Made by a program: the position numbers and the translations under genes. Below are positions 8,996 to 18,438 of a stretch of 34,783 bases of DNA, one piece after another. The stretch's first letter is position 1, and each line of letters opens with the position of its first letter. Under the pieces are notes generated by a model. It worked only from the letters and a program-made list of their open reading frames with translations. It was not told where the DNA came from and searched no databases. The stretch lies in sequence record NC_028992.1; one strand, 5' to 3'.

Positions 8996-11900
8996 TGACT
9001 ATTCCTCCTCGCGAACCTATACGCTGTAGATATTATGAAGAGGACTGACCCTATGAAGATTATAGGCATGAGGTGTATTATAACACCTATCACTGCAGCT
9101 ACCGCACCTCCTGCAGCTATACTCCCTAGCAAATCCTGGTTAGCCCTTGCCAACGCGATTACCACACCTAGAACCATTGCCACCGTAACGATACCGCTTA
9201 CCGTAAGTGTTGACAGACTGAATGGCGTCGATTGTGTTAGTGGGAGTATTAATTCTGGTGCTGGTTTCGGGAAAGTTATCAACTTAGGCGAATAAATACC
9301 TACGCCAGATGATAGAGGTTCAAGATAAATGGTCAACACTTTCTTGTTGGGGTCTGCCACGACCTGTGCAGATAGGAGTCCTTGTGTAGTGAAAGGCTGT
9401 ATTTGTTGTGTCATTGGGTCGTTTATTATCATTGGCTGTCCGTTCTCATAAACAGTCACGTTCCAGCCTTGCCAGTTTATCAAAACGAATGAATAGGCTG
9501 TTAGAACTAGGACAATAGTAATCTGGTATTGGCCAGGTGGTACTGTTACGATCTTGTAGGGGAAAGTGTCATAATTTATGAACGTTTGTGAGTAATTAGA
9601 GCTTTTTATCGCTACCTCCGTAAATGGCGGGATAAAAATCTCAGGGTCTGTAACGTTCGGATCAAGAAATTTTATAACACCTATGTCCTGAACTTCTCTA
9701 TTTAAGGAACCAACTTCCTGGTAGGTCTGATTCGTAAACGGGTTTATGTATTGTCCTTGTTGATTGATGTATGTGGGGTCGAAAAAGAATAGTAACGAAG
9801 AGATAGAAGGAGGTGTTTGTTTCGTTGCTACAGTGTTGTTTTCTATGTACACCATATCAATAAAACCACTAAAAGGGTAATATTGTAAATTTGTTGCAAT
9901 CGTATTTGCTGTAAAACCTGTACCAACAATAGCATAATTTAAATTTGTTTGTTCAAATTGGCCAAATGAGACAGAATAATATGTGAAGTTTGTGGTGCCC
10001 CAGTCGTCATCCCATGGGAAGTTCTGCACTATTGTAACACCCTCATAGTAGTTCACACTGTTAGACGTGACTGGAGTAAATTGGTAATTCATGCCACCAA
10101 TACCTCCTCCTACTTGCCCGTTTTCTCCGATATAGGCTAGTGCGGCATAACTTCCACGAGGTGATGGGGGCATGGTAGTATCTTCTGCGTCTAGCATCAC
10201 ACCATTACCTAGAATGAATAAGGCACCGTAAGATAATACATTTGATGACGATACGGCTACTTTTACTTGGCCTGCAGCGTTATACATCGTAATTTTGAAT
10301 ATTCCATTCGGGTTAGGAATTGGTAAGTTAAGCTCATACCACGACCCGTTATTCATGCCAAGGATGGCATAAGAACCGTTGGAAAATTGTGAAATTAATA
10401 CTGTGACTCCATAATTAACGGATGTTGGAGGTAGTAAGACCGAGTTTATCTCGTACTCAACCACACTAGACGTGGAAGAAGAAACGCTGAAGTAGGAAAC
10501 GTAAAATATGTTACCGCTCTCACTAGCTATCCCTATATAAGCAATTTCGTTCCACGGGAAGGGAGTGCTGATGTTCGGAGAGCTATAAAGTGTTCCATTA
10601 ACATAAATCTGTGATATAGTTATATTACCGTTACTGTTCTTTGTAAGAATAATGGTTTCTGTGAACACTTTCCCTAGCAGATTAGGTATAGGTGAGTTAT
10701 AAATTCCCCAGGTAAAATAATTAGGAGTGTTATAACTATAAAAACCACTCCAATATACCCCTAAATAATAATTTCCATACATTGGATATGCGTTGTTACT
10801 AGCTAGGTTTGAAGAAGATATATATATACCGACTCTATTACTACCATAATTCGGATAATTTGTGATATGAACCGTTATATTAATAATATCATTTAATGGT
10901 ACATATCTCCAGAGTATGTATTGTCCAGCGTTTATTGAAGTGGCATTTATCACTAGTTCACCGTTTTTCCAATAGGGTGGCTCCTTCCAACACACTGATT
11001 CCGCATTGTTTACGTATTGATAACTAGCACCAAATTTGGAGACGTAGAATAAGTTATTAATATCACCCCTTATTCCTATGTAACCGACTTGGCTCCATGG
11101 GAAAGGAGTATTAACGTTTACTGCGTAAGCCGTTGAGTTAATATATATAGTAGATACAGTAATGTTCCCAGCACTGTTCTTTGTCAGAACGACAGTGAAG
11201 GTGAAGGGATAGTTAGGGTTAGGCTGAGGTAGAGAAGAGTAAAGCTGTTCCCAATTAGATGTTGGAGAGTGGAAGTATATCGAGTTTCCATAGAAGTCGA
11301 CTAACAATGCATAAAAACCATTATTTCCATCAGTTGTTTGGCTTCCTACGTTAGGTGAGTAGACTACTATACCAGGATTACCATATCTTAATGGGAACGA
11401 CGTAATGTTTATAAAGATTGTAATGGTATTTGATGTCGGTGTATAATACCAAGCAATATACTGACCAGCATTACTTGCTCTAGTGCTGTTTATTACTAGT
11501 GTGCCATTTTGCCAATAAGGTGGAACTTCCCACGACGTAGACTCAACACTATCAACAAACTGGTATTCAGTAGCATATTCTAGATTATTCGGGGAAAGCT
11601 GTATCTGATAACCATGATTTGGTTTTACAGAAACTGTAGCAGATGTATAATTTATAATAGTGGAATTCGTATAACTATAAAGGTTAGGTAGGTTTACTTG
11701 TTGATAAAGGAAGTTTTGATTTGAAAAGCCTGACACTGCATACTCATGTATGAGTGCCACTTCGCCAAGCGTCAAATTAACGTTTGTAGTAACTCCCAAC
11801 ACATTCTGTGTAGTTTGTGTACCTTGAAATGGAACGACTGAGGATAATGGAGATGGGATTTCATAAATCGTCAAAACGTTACTCTGGTTCTGTAGCATCA

Positions 11901-12024
11901 GAACCGTGCCGTAGCCCATAACATTCACGTAAAGCGTTAGAAAGGACTGTGCCGCATACACTCCTAAAGTTATGAAAGATAGGAGAAGCAAACTACTCAA
12001 GATCAAAAACTTCTTCAGTTTCAA
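8992..12024 (-). CDS. Large VP4-like tail/receptor-binding glycoprotein with two tandem ~181-aa beta domains
   Basis: Signal peptide, three C-terminal TM helices, many sequons, internal duplication at 10480-11565; SD GGGGGTGA. Confidence 0.75.
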   Translation of the reverse strand: MKLKKFLILSSLLLLSFITLGVYAAQSFLTLYVNVMGYGTVLMLQNQSNVLTIYEIPSPLSSVVPFQGTQTTQNVLGVTTNVNLTLGEVALIHEYAVSGFSNQNFLYQQVNLPNLYSYTNSTIINYTSATVSVKPNHGYQIQLSPNNLEYATEYQFVDSVESTSWEVPPYWQNGTLVINSTRASNAGQYIAWYYTPTSNTITIFINITSFPLRYGNPGIVVYSPNVGSQTTDGNNGFYALLVDFYGNSIYFHSPTSNWEQLYSSLPQPNPNYPFTFTVVLTKNSAGNITVSTIYINSTAYAVNVNTPFPWSQVGYIGIRGDINNLFYVSKFGASYQYVNNAESVCWKEPPYWKNGELVINATSINAGQYILWRYVPLNDIINITVHITNYPNYGSNRVGIYISSSNLASNNAYPMYGNYYLGVYWSGFYSYNTPNYFTWGIYNSPIPNLLGKVFTETIILTKNSNGNITISQIYVNGTLYSSPNISTPFPWNEIAYIGIASESGNIFYVSYFSVSSSTSSVVEYEINSVLLPPTSVNYGVTVLISQFSNGSYAILGMNNGSWYELNLPIPNPNGIFKITMYNAAGQVKVAVSSSNVLSYGALFILGNGVMLDAEDTTMPPSPRGSYAALAYIGENGQVGGGIGGMNYQFTPVTSNSVNYYEGVTIVQNFPWDDDWGTTNFTYYSVSFGQFEQTNLNYAIVGTGFTANTIATNLQYYPFSGFIDMVYIENNTVATKQTPPSISSLLFFFDPTYINQQGQYINPFTNQTYQEVGSLNREVQDIGVIKFLDPNVTDPEIFIPPFTEVAIKSSNYSQTFINYDTFPYKIVTVPPGQYQITIVLVLTAYSFVLINWQGWNVTVYENGQPMIINDPMTQQIQPFTTQGLLSAQVVADPNKKVLTIYLEPLSSGVGIYSPKLITFPKPAPELILPLTQSTPFSLSTLTVSGIVTVAMVLGVVIALARANQDLLGSIAAGGAVAAVIGVIIHLMPIIFIGSVLFIISTAYRFARRNSQ

Positions 12025-12577
12025 CCCGATTCACCCCCCTAGCTATGACGGGTGGGTATTTGGTGTAAAATATCGCGTTGAGCTCTCCTTGTTCCCTAGC
12101 CTCATCGAGTATAGGGCTCTCCTCTGGAGAATACGCCTTAGACACCAGCTTTCTCACCTCTGGGTTGTCGTCTATGAGCATTACATCCCCTATCCCCTTC
12201 AAGCCGTTGAGTATTTCCCGCTTGTACTCCACCTCTTTCCTGTAGTCGTTGGGGTTCCTCATTATCAAGTAGTCATACGGCACGTTATACTTCTCTAATT
12301 GTTCTAGCGTCTTTTCTCTTTGCGTCTCACCGTTCCTCCCAGTCAACAGTACCACAACCCAGCCCTTTTCCTTCGCCTTCCTTACGGTATCCAATACGTC
12401 CTTGTTGGGGATGTCGAAGTCCATGTACTTAGGGGACTGGAAGCACTCCCAGAACTTCCTCCTGGCCTCCCCCTGAAGGGAGTCTAAAGATGCTACCCCA
12501 TGTTCGGCTAAGCACGCGTTATACCTTGCCCTGGTGTCGAAGAGCGTATTGTCTAAATCAACAACTAGGACTTTCAT
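11993..12577 (-). CDS. HAD-superfamily phosphatase (polynucleotide 3'-phosphatase-like)
   Basis: Motif I DLDNT, motif II LTGR, motif III K, motif IV DDNP. Confidence 0.85.
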   Translation of the reverse strand: MKVLVVDLDNTLFDTRARYNACLAEHGVASLDSLQGEARRKFWECFQSPKYMDFDIPNKDVLDTVRKAKEKGWVVVLLTGRNGETQREKTLEQLEKYNVPYDYLIMRNPNDYRKEVEYKREILNGLKGIGDVMLIDDNPEVRKLVSKAYSPEESPILDEAREQGELNAIFYTKYPPVIARGVNRVETEEVFDLE

Positions 12578-12600
12578 CGTTGAATAGTAGGGGAAAGGGC

Positions 12601-12611
12601 TAAAAAATAAA
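12601..12611 (-). promoter_or_regulatory. T-rich upstream element TTTATTTTTTA
   Basis: 24 nt before ATG 12577. Confidence 0.6.
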
Positions 12612-12616
12612 CCGAT

Positions 12617-13006
12617 TCAGACTGGGAAGAAGAACTGCGCCAGCACTTCTAGCAAATATAACCACGCCATCGCCTGTAACATCGCACCCACTAAGAGAGC
12701 ACCTACAATGAGGCCAGGGTTCCCGCTGATTGCAGCCATTTCGTAGAACACTATCGGTATGCCCGCAACGAAATTGATCAACGCGTTGAAGATGAGGAGC
12801 CCTACCGCATAAAGGATGAAGGCGAAAGGCATGTTCGTTACTGCGGTGCTATGTATGATGGCAGTGAACGCTTGAGGGTTCACTATTGTCGTGAAGTACG
12901 GTATTTGCGGATAGCCTACTGACGCCAGGTCGACTTCGACCATTGTGTTTATGATGGTGAACGCTATGATGAACGCTAATGCAAACTTACCTAATGATGT
13001 TAGCAT
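12617..13006 (-). CDS. Multi-pass membrane protein, probable virion component
   Basis: 3-4 hydrophobic helices; conserved upstream element. Confidence 0.75.
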   Translation of the reverse strand: MLTSLGKFALAFIIAFTIINTMVEVDLASVGYPQIPYFTTIVNPQAFTAIIHSTAVTNMPFAFILYAVGLLIFNALINFVAGIPIVFYEMAAISGNPGLIVGALLVGAMLQAMAWLYLLEVLAQFFFPV

Positions 13007-13029
13007 TAAGGGGAAATAGGAGAAATGAC

Positions 13030-13040
13030 TAAAAAATAAA
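13030..13040 (-). promoter_or_regulatory. T-rich upstream element TTTATTTTTTA
   Basis: 24 nt before ATG 13006. Confidence 0.6.
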
Positions 13041-13220
13041 TTACTTCAAGAGGGCTTCCCTCACGTTCCCGTACTGGTCTACATATATTACGTGCTTGCC
13101 GTTGACGCTGAGTATCCTCTTAGCGTTCACCGTACCATTAACGGTATGCAATTTTATGACGTCCTCGTCATGTTCTATGACTTCGATTGGTTGCTCCTTC
13201 CGTTTGAATAGATTAAACAT
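13041..13220 (-). CDS. 59-aa hypothetical protein not in the ORF track
   Basis: ATG 13220 one base after the upstream TAA; MFNLFKRKEQPIEVIEHDED...EALLK*; fills the gap exactly. Confidence 0.7.
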   Translation of the reverse strand: MFNLFKRKEQPIEVIEHDEDVIKLHTVNGTVNAKRILSVNGKHVIYVDQYGNVREALLK

Positions 13221-13221
13221 G

Positions 13222-13383
13222 TTACTTCTTTCTGAGCGTCTCTCTCATGCACATCCTGTAGGCTTGCAATTTCTGTCCTTTAGGCAACCCCTTTACCTTC
13301 TCACTGCACATCTTTGCGGCTTCCGCGAACGTCCTCCTCCACTCTACAAGTCTCCCCGAGTGGGTGTGGTATTTGTGTGCCAT
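13222..13383 (-). CDS. Small basic protein, possible genome-condensing (VP2-like) protein
   Basis: 53 aa, very K/R-rich; ATG 13383 is 25 nt below TATATTTTTTA. Confidence 0.65.
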   Translation of the reverse strand: MAHKYHTHSGRLVEWRRTFAEAAKMCSEKVKGLPKGQKLQAYRMCMRETLRKK

Positions 13384-13407
13384 CAAGGTATACGCGTACG
13401 TACACAT

Positions 13408-13418
13408 TAAAAAATATA
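13408..13418 (-). promoter_or_regulatory. T-rich upstream element TATATTTTTTA
   Basis: 25 nt before ATG 13383. Confidence 0.55.
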
Positions 13419-13443
13419 TTCCGTTGAAATGGACGGGTTGGGC

Positions 13444-13920
13444 TCACCTTCTACGGCTATAAGATAGCACCATGAAGAGGATGAACACCACCGCGGCTGC
13501 GAAGAAGAACGCTAGACTCGACAGTACACTGAAGACTGGCTGTTCGAAGTCGAAAGCCTGCGTGGGTATATCATATTTGTAGTAGCCAGCTGAGAGATTG
13601 AACGTAGCATAGGGAGAGAATATCGGGCCATTATCACCATTATCGGACAGCATTTCGCTCCACGTCTGGTTGGACATGTAAATGTAGGAACCCTGTGCTA
13701 CCTCAATGACGAGCTTGTTGGATGGGGACTGAGAGATTTGCTGGATTTTACTGCCGTTCACGAGCCACGTACCGCTCATATATGTACTCGTGTTGTACCA
13801 CGTGTAGACACGTGCGTTAACGTTGTTGATCTCCGATATTACAAGGCTTACATAGGGTAACAACGCTAGGATGATACCAATTGCGACGAATACAATTAAA
13901 ATCAAGATCAGGTACTGCAC
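13444..13920 (-). CDS. Two-TM glycoprotein
   Basis: N- and C-terminal TM helices flank a beta-rich sequon-bearing loop. Confidence 0.75.
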   Translation of the reverse strand: MQYLILILIVFVAIGIILALLPYVSLVISEINNVNARVYTWYNTSTYMSGTWLVNGSKIQQISQSPSNKLVIEVAQGSYIYMSNQTWSEMLSDNGDNGPIFSPYATFNLSAGYYKYDIPTQAFDFEQPVFSVLSSLAFFFAAAVVFILFMVLSYSRRR

Positions 13921-13997
13921 GAGAAGAATTCAGGCTTAACGCTTTAAAAATAGAAACTCTTCTTTTCCCAAAATGCGTTGAAGAAGAAAACGCTTTT

Positions 13998-14270
13998 TTA
14001 ATACATTAAAAGATGTTTATTTGTCCCTCCAAGGCTTATTGGGTTCGGTTGTGTTTGAGAATATTGTTGATTTACAATAACTGGTACTATTCTGTATATT
14101 ATCTCTGAACCGTTATATACAGGTGGGCTCTCAAAGTATATTGGCGGTGTTTTTGGGCTAACAGGCTGATGTGTATTGGGTAACATTGAAATCCTATTTG
14201 TGCTTGGGATATAGAAAACCGTTGCAGTGAACGTAGGTCTCCTAACGTGGATCCAACCTACGCCTCTCAT
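13998..14270 (-). CDS. Hypothetical Pro-rich protein
   Basis: SD GGTGAG before the ATG; follows the giant gene. Confidence 0.6.
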   Translation of the reverse strand: MRGVGWIHVRRPTFTATVFYIPSTNRISMLPNTHQPVSPKTPPIYFESPPVYNGSEIIYRIVPVIVNQQYSQTQPNPISLGGTNKHLLMY

Positions 14271-14283
14271 CTTTTCTCACCGC

Positions 14284-17200
14284 TTATAGACGTATAACTT
14301 CGCCTGCCATTCCGCTTATTTCTAGGTTGTTTCCACCTCCTCCACCGAACCCACCTGGCATCGTCGAAGGTACTAGAGGAGGTGGTCCTATCAGTAGAGG
14401 CTCCTCACTAGAGGATTCTACATAATATAATGAAGAGATCAGTGGTGGCGGAGTATATTGTGGTGGTGGCGGAGTGTTGTTAGTAGGTGGTGGCGGAGTA
14501 TATTGTGGTGGTGGCGGAGTGTTGTTAGTAGGTGGTGGCGGAGTATATTCTGTAGTTGGCTCAGGTATTGGCTCAGTTATCCTCCCAGTTGGCTCAGGTA
14601 TTGGCTCAGTTATCCTCCCAGTTGGCTCAGGTATTGGCTCAGTTATCCTCCCAGTTGGCTCAGGTATTGGCTCAGTTATCCTCCCAGTTGGCTCAGGTAT
14701 TGGCTCAGTTATCCTCCCAGTTGGCTCAGGTATTGGCTCAGTTATCCTCCCAGTTGGCTCAGGTATTGGCTCAGTTATCCTCCCAGTTGGCTCAGGTATT
14801 GGCTCAGTTATCCTATATCCTCCGCTTTGTCCTGCTCCACCACTATTTTGTTGCTGATCCTCAAACAGGTTAGTAGGCTCGCCAGGAATGATTTCTGCAC
14901 CAACATATTTTAATCTATACCAATCTGACAAGATATCACGCAAAGGTCCAGGCAAGTTCCTAAGTAGTTCTGGCGTTTGTCTTACCCATATATTGTACAC
15001 TTCTCCAGTTCCTCTTAACTTAGCACCAGGAGCGAGTTCGATTTGCCTTTCGTGGCTAATCCCTAGTAGTCCCTCAGGGTCGATTACAGGTTTCCCAGTC
15101 TTAGCACTGTAGGTTAACACATCGTTTATGTACTCTCTAAACATGGGGCCATAATATGGGTCTTTGAGTACATCCTCCACGACGAGATTGTTCACCCATT
15201 TAGGATTTACCCCATTCGCCAAGTACTCCGCTTTCTTAGTAAGAATGTAGTCAACTAACTCCTTAGGAGGTTCAATTAGCTCAGCCTCTGTCTTTACACC
15301 TATTATACCTCCAGTGTCAAACGGATGAAGGAACCTGTACAGTGCTTCTCTTACACTTGATCTTCCTAGCCTAAACTCAGGTACGCCAGGCTTTGTATCT
15401 TTCAGTCCAGTGTAGGCGGTTAACGCTACTCCCTCGCTCTCGCCTTCGCCTGGCGATAAGTATAAACTCCTGAAATTCCCTGGTCCTCTCCACGCCCATT
15501 CACTTTCAGGTGATGGTGGTTTTGATGGCATTACGGGTACTTCTCCATTTTCAACCCCTTCAAGGAAACTACGTACTGGTGTTACATGGGTCGCTAAAGT
15601 AGTTCTACCTTCATATGCGTTTACAAACTCATTAATATCTCCTTCTCCAAATGTAGTTTTAGGCACTAAATGAATCGAATCACCACTAGGAAGTGTAATC
15701 TTCCAAGCCTCTGTAGTCTCGCCAGTAAGGGGAGAGGTTAACGTCTCTAGTTCCGCCACACCACCTGTTCCTCTTATCTCGTCTATCTTGCTCATCAACT
15801 TACCCGCTATACCAGGACCTAGTCCACCTGCCAAACCGCCTATGATTCCAGCGATAGCCAGTTGTTCAGGGTTCTGCGAGAAAGGTAATTGTGTTGCGAC
15901 ATTAGTTAATGCCCCACCAGTTGCTCTCCATAATGGCGTCAGGCCTGATACTTTCGATGCTAAGTCTTCACTTCCAGTCAGTAATTTCGTTAAAGCCCCT
16001 GCCCCTTTAGCTAAACCAGACTCTAATGCTAGACCACCAGCTTCGCCAAGAGCACTTAGCACGCCACCCTCATTGGCCTCCTGTAGCACTTCTGGTAGCG
16101 ATTGCCACTGGCCTGTGGTGAGCTTTGAGACTGCTTCACCGATGCCTACTGAGGCACCCTCTCCGATAAGCACGGCTGGTAAAAGCTCAGGTGCAACGAC
16201 CGCAGTAGCTATTGCTGGTAATGCGACTTCTGTAACATCACCTACAGCTCTAGCGATATTTTGTCCTCCAGCGGCATTAAATTGTGCAATTGCCTGGTTA
16301 AAATTCTCAAGGCCTTTGCCCTGTACAAGGTGGGCCAACTCCTCGCCTGCACCACCCAAATATTCGGTGCCATAGTATCCTACCAGTGCGGAAACGTCGG
16401 CGACATCGTTAAAGAATTGCTGGAACGGGTTAATATGTTGATTCTGGAGCTGTGCTATCCCTTGTTGTAATTGTTGCTGTGCCTGATTAAGCTGTGCTAT
16501 CCCTTGTTGTAATTGAGACCGGTCTTGTTCAAGTTGTACTAGATTTTGTGACGTTTTTTGTATATATTGCTGATTTTGTTGTATATACGCATTAACTTGG
16601 TTCAACTCTTGTTGTAGTTGTTGCTGTGCCTGCTCGTATTGTGCTAGATTTTGCTGATTTTGTTGTATATATTGCTGTAACTTTTGTAAGTAACTCTGTA
16701 ATTGTGGATTATTAGGGTTTTGCTGTAATAGTTGTTCGGCTTGTGCTTGATATTGTTGTGCTTGTTGTAAGTTCTGTTCTGTTTGTTGTATATACGCGTT
16801 AACCTGGCTCAACTCTTGCTGTAATTGTTGTTGTGCCTGATTGGCTTGTGCTTGATATTGTTGTGCTTGTTGTAAGTTCTGTTCTGTTTGTTGTATATAC
16901 GCGTTAACTTGATTCAATTGTTGCTGATATTTCTGTTTCTCTTGGTTGATTTGATTCAACTGTTGTTGTAGTTGTTTCTCTTGCTGTTGTGGGGTCTGTA
17001 TACCGTACGCCGAGGCGTACGCGTTCTGTATTGCGTTATTAGCCGCTGACAACGCATTAGATATTGCATTTCCAGCGGTGCTTAATGCCCCAGTTACGGC
17101 ACTCCCAGCCTCCTTTGCCACATTAATTTCTGTGTTCCAGACGTTTTCTATACCGCTAGTGAGTCCACTGAAGAACGAACCTAAGGGATTTCCCGACTGC

Positions 17201-18132
17201 GACCCTTGGGAAGTCATAGCGCTAGTAGTGGGTTGGCCTCCAATTGGCCCAAACCTAGCGTTTTCTATCGCATTATTCGTTCTCGGTTGAGAGCTTTGGG
17301 AAGTCGTGGCACCAGTAACGCTCTGTATCGCATTACTTATTCCACTAGCAATTGTTGATGCACCACTAGTCACAGCACTAGCGAGTCCGCTGAAGAACGA
17401 ACCTATAGCACTAAATGGATTACTTGGCTGAGACGGTTGAGAACTTTGGGAAGTTGCTGCATTGGCAACAATCATCGCAGGTTGTGGATTCTGTGAAGTT
17501 GATGTACCTCTATTTTCATTGTTTTGTAGAGGTGGTATCGGATTAACTATGAACGGTCTATCTGCCGAGTGGTAATATGTTTCTGGTTTTATGATGAGCC
17601 CTCCAGATAATTTCTTTATCCAGAGAGGTCGTGGTGGTACATTATACTCTGGCCTTGGCTTATGATAAAAAGTCTCTGGTTTTGGAAAGCCTAGACGCCA
17701 TTCTAGTTTAGGCTGATTATAGTCTTGGTTCTCCTCCTCTGACTGAGCTAGAGCAAATAATCTTTCATTTTCTACATAGTTTGTCTCATTATTTCTACGG
17801 TTAGATGATGGCCAAATGACTAGCGTTATAGGTCTTGGTGGTACTATCACCCTTTGTATAATTTCTCTAGCTGGTGATGGTGGATGATAATAAGAAGAAC
17901 CCACATATCTAATTCGCCACGGAAGCCGTTCTATATGCGAAGGTGCTACGGTCCTCGTATTCTCGATGTTTCTTATCGTATTAGCAATTTCACTAAAAAA
18001 GGAGCTTATCGTATTAAATGGGTTCCATCCAAAGATGAGTCTTTTTCTCCATTCCTCATTTGCGGCTGCTTCTCTAGCATGTTCTTGGTCAGTCGCGGCT
18101 CTGATATAAGTGAATCGTGGCCTATAGAACAT
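14284..18132 (-). CDS. Giant multidomain protein: S/Q-rich linker, Gln-rich coiled coil, Gly/Ala hydrophobic region, globular ART-like domain, Pro-rich repeats
   Basis: Single long ORF; SD GAGGTGA favours ATG 18132; domains read from composition and repeats. Confidence 0.8.
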   Translation of the reverse strand: MFYRPRFTYIRAATDQEHAREAAANEEWRKRLIFGWNPFNTISSFFSEIANTIRNIENTRTVAPSHIERLPWRIRYVGSSYYHPPSPAREIIQRVIVPPRPITLVIWPSSNRRNNETNYVENERLFALAQSEEENQDYNQPKLEWRLGFPKPETFYHKPRPEYNVPPRPLWIKKLSGGLIIKPETYYHSADRPFIVNPIPPLQNNENRGTSTSQNPQPAMIVANAATSQSSQPSQPSNPFSAIGSFFSGLASAVTSGASTIASGISNAIQSVTGATTSQSSQPRTNNAIENARFGPIGGQPTTSAMTSQGSQSGNPLGSFFSGLTSGIENVWNTEINVAKEAGSAVTGALSTAGNAISNALSAANNAIQNAYASAYGIQTPQQQEKQLQQQLNQINQEKQKYQQQLNQVNAYIQQTEQNLQQAQQYQAQANQAQQQLQQELSQVNAYIQQTEQNLQQAQQYQAQAEQLLQQNPNNPQLQSYLQKLQQYIQQNQQNLAQYEQAQQQLQQELNQVNAYIQQNQQYIQKTSQNLVQLEQDRSQLQQGIAQLNQAQQQLQQGIAQLQNQHINPFQQFFNDVADVSALVGYYGTEYLGGAGEELAHLVQGKGLENFNQAIAQFNAAGGQNIARAVGDVTEVALPAIATAVVAPELLPAVLIGEGASVGIGEAVSKLTTGQWQSLPEVLQEANEGGVLSALGEAGGLALESGLAKGAGALTKLLTGSEDLASKVSGLTPLWRATGGALTNVATQLPFSQNPEQLAIAGIIGGLAGGLGPGIAGKLMSKIDEIRGTGGVAELETLTSPLTGETTEAWKITLPSGDSIHLVPKTTFGEGDINEFVNAYEGRTTLATHVTPVRSFLEGVENGEVPVMPSKPPSPESEWAWRGPGNFRSLYLSPGEGESEGVALTAYTGLKDTKPGVPEFRLGRSSVREALYRFLHPFDTGGIIGVKTEAELIEPPKELVDYILTKKAEYLANGVNPKWVNNLVVEDVLKDPYYGPMFREYINDVLTYSAKTGKPVIDPEGLLGISHERQIELAPGAKLRGTGEVYNIWVRQTPELLRNLPGPLRDILSDWYRLKYVGAEIIPGEPTNLFEDQQQNSGGAGQSGGYRITEPIPEPTGRITEPIPEPTGRITEPIPEPTGRITEPIPEPTGRITEPIPEPTGRITEPIPEPTGRITEPIPEPTGRITEPIPEPTTEYTPPPPTNNTPPPPQYTPPPPTNNTPPPPQYTPPPLISSLYYVESSSEEPLLIGPPPLVPSTMPGGFGGGGGNNLEISGMAGEVIRL
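14442..14549 (-). repeat. 45-bp tandem repeat x~2.4 encoding YTPPPPTNNTPPPPQ
   Basis: GAGTATATT recurs at 14451, 14496 and 14541. Confidence 0.9.
14554..14814 (-). repeat. 33-bp tandem repeat x8 encoding RITEPIPEPTG
   Basis: Units start at 14554+33n and are nucleotide-identical; the last unit is 30 nt. Confidence 0.95.
16430..16990 (-). repeat. Gln-rich coiled-coil repeats (QVNAYIQQTEQNLQQAQQYQAQA-type)
   Basis: Repeated segments visible in both DNA and translation; boundaries approximate. Confidence 0.85.
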
Positions 18133-18137
18133 ATTTA

Positions 18138-18371
18138 TCACCTCATAATCCCTTGTAATAATTTCATTACATCATCTGCGTTCTTCGCCTCTTTAAGTGC
18201 CTTTTTTATCTCGGTGGCCATGCCTGGTAATAGATAAAATGTTGAATCAGTAAATGGCCTTCCATTGTATTCCTCTCTCAGCTTGAGCTTATCTCCCTCG
18301 ATCTTTATCTTGACCGTGTATCCATTATTATAATGAATCTCTACGCCGTTGTCTATCTTGCGGAACGTCAT
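18138..18371 (-). CDS. Hypothetical 77-aa protein (start revised to ATG 18371)
   Basis: ATG is 24 nt below an exact TTTATTTTTTA; the stop overlaps the SD of the giant gene. Confidence 0.7.
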   Translation of the reverse strand: MTFRKIDNGVEIHYNNGYTVKIKIEGDKLKLREEYNGRPFTDSTFYLLPGMATEIKKALKEAKNADDVMKLLQGIMR

Positions 18372-18394
18372 CGAAAAAGTGTAGGAGGAGGGGC

Positions 18395-18405
18395 TAAAAA
18401 ATAAA
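18395..18405 (-). promoter_or_regulatory. T-rich upstream element TTTATTTTTTA heading the giant-protein operon
   Basis: 24 nt before ATG 18371; no upstream gene on this strand to terminate. Confidence 0.65.
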
Positions 18406-18438
18406 TTTCGTGGCCTCACGGCTCATCGGAAAATTGGA

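Noticed and set aside
14458-14913. Three + strand ORFs with striking repeats (WLRYWLSYPPS, GSGIGSVILPV, AQVLAQLSSQL)
   Set aside because: Antisense shadows of the stop-free 33-bp repeat of the giant minus-strand gene.
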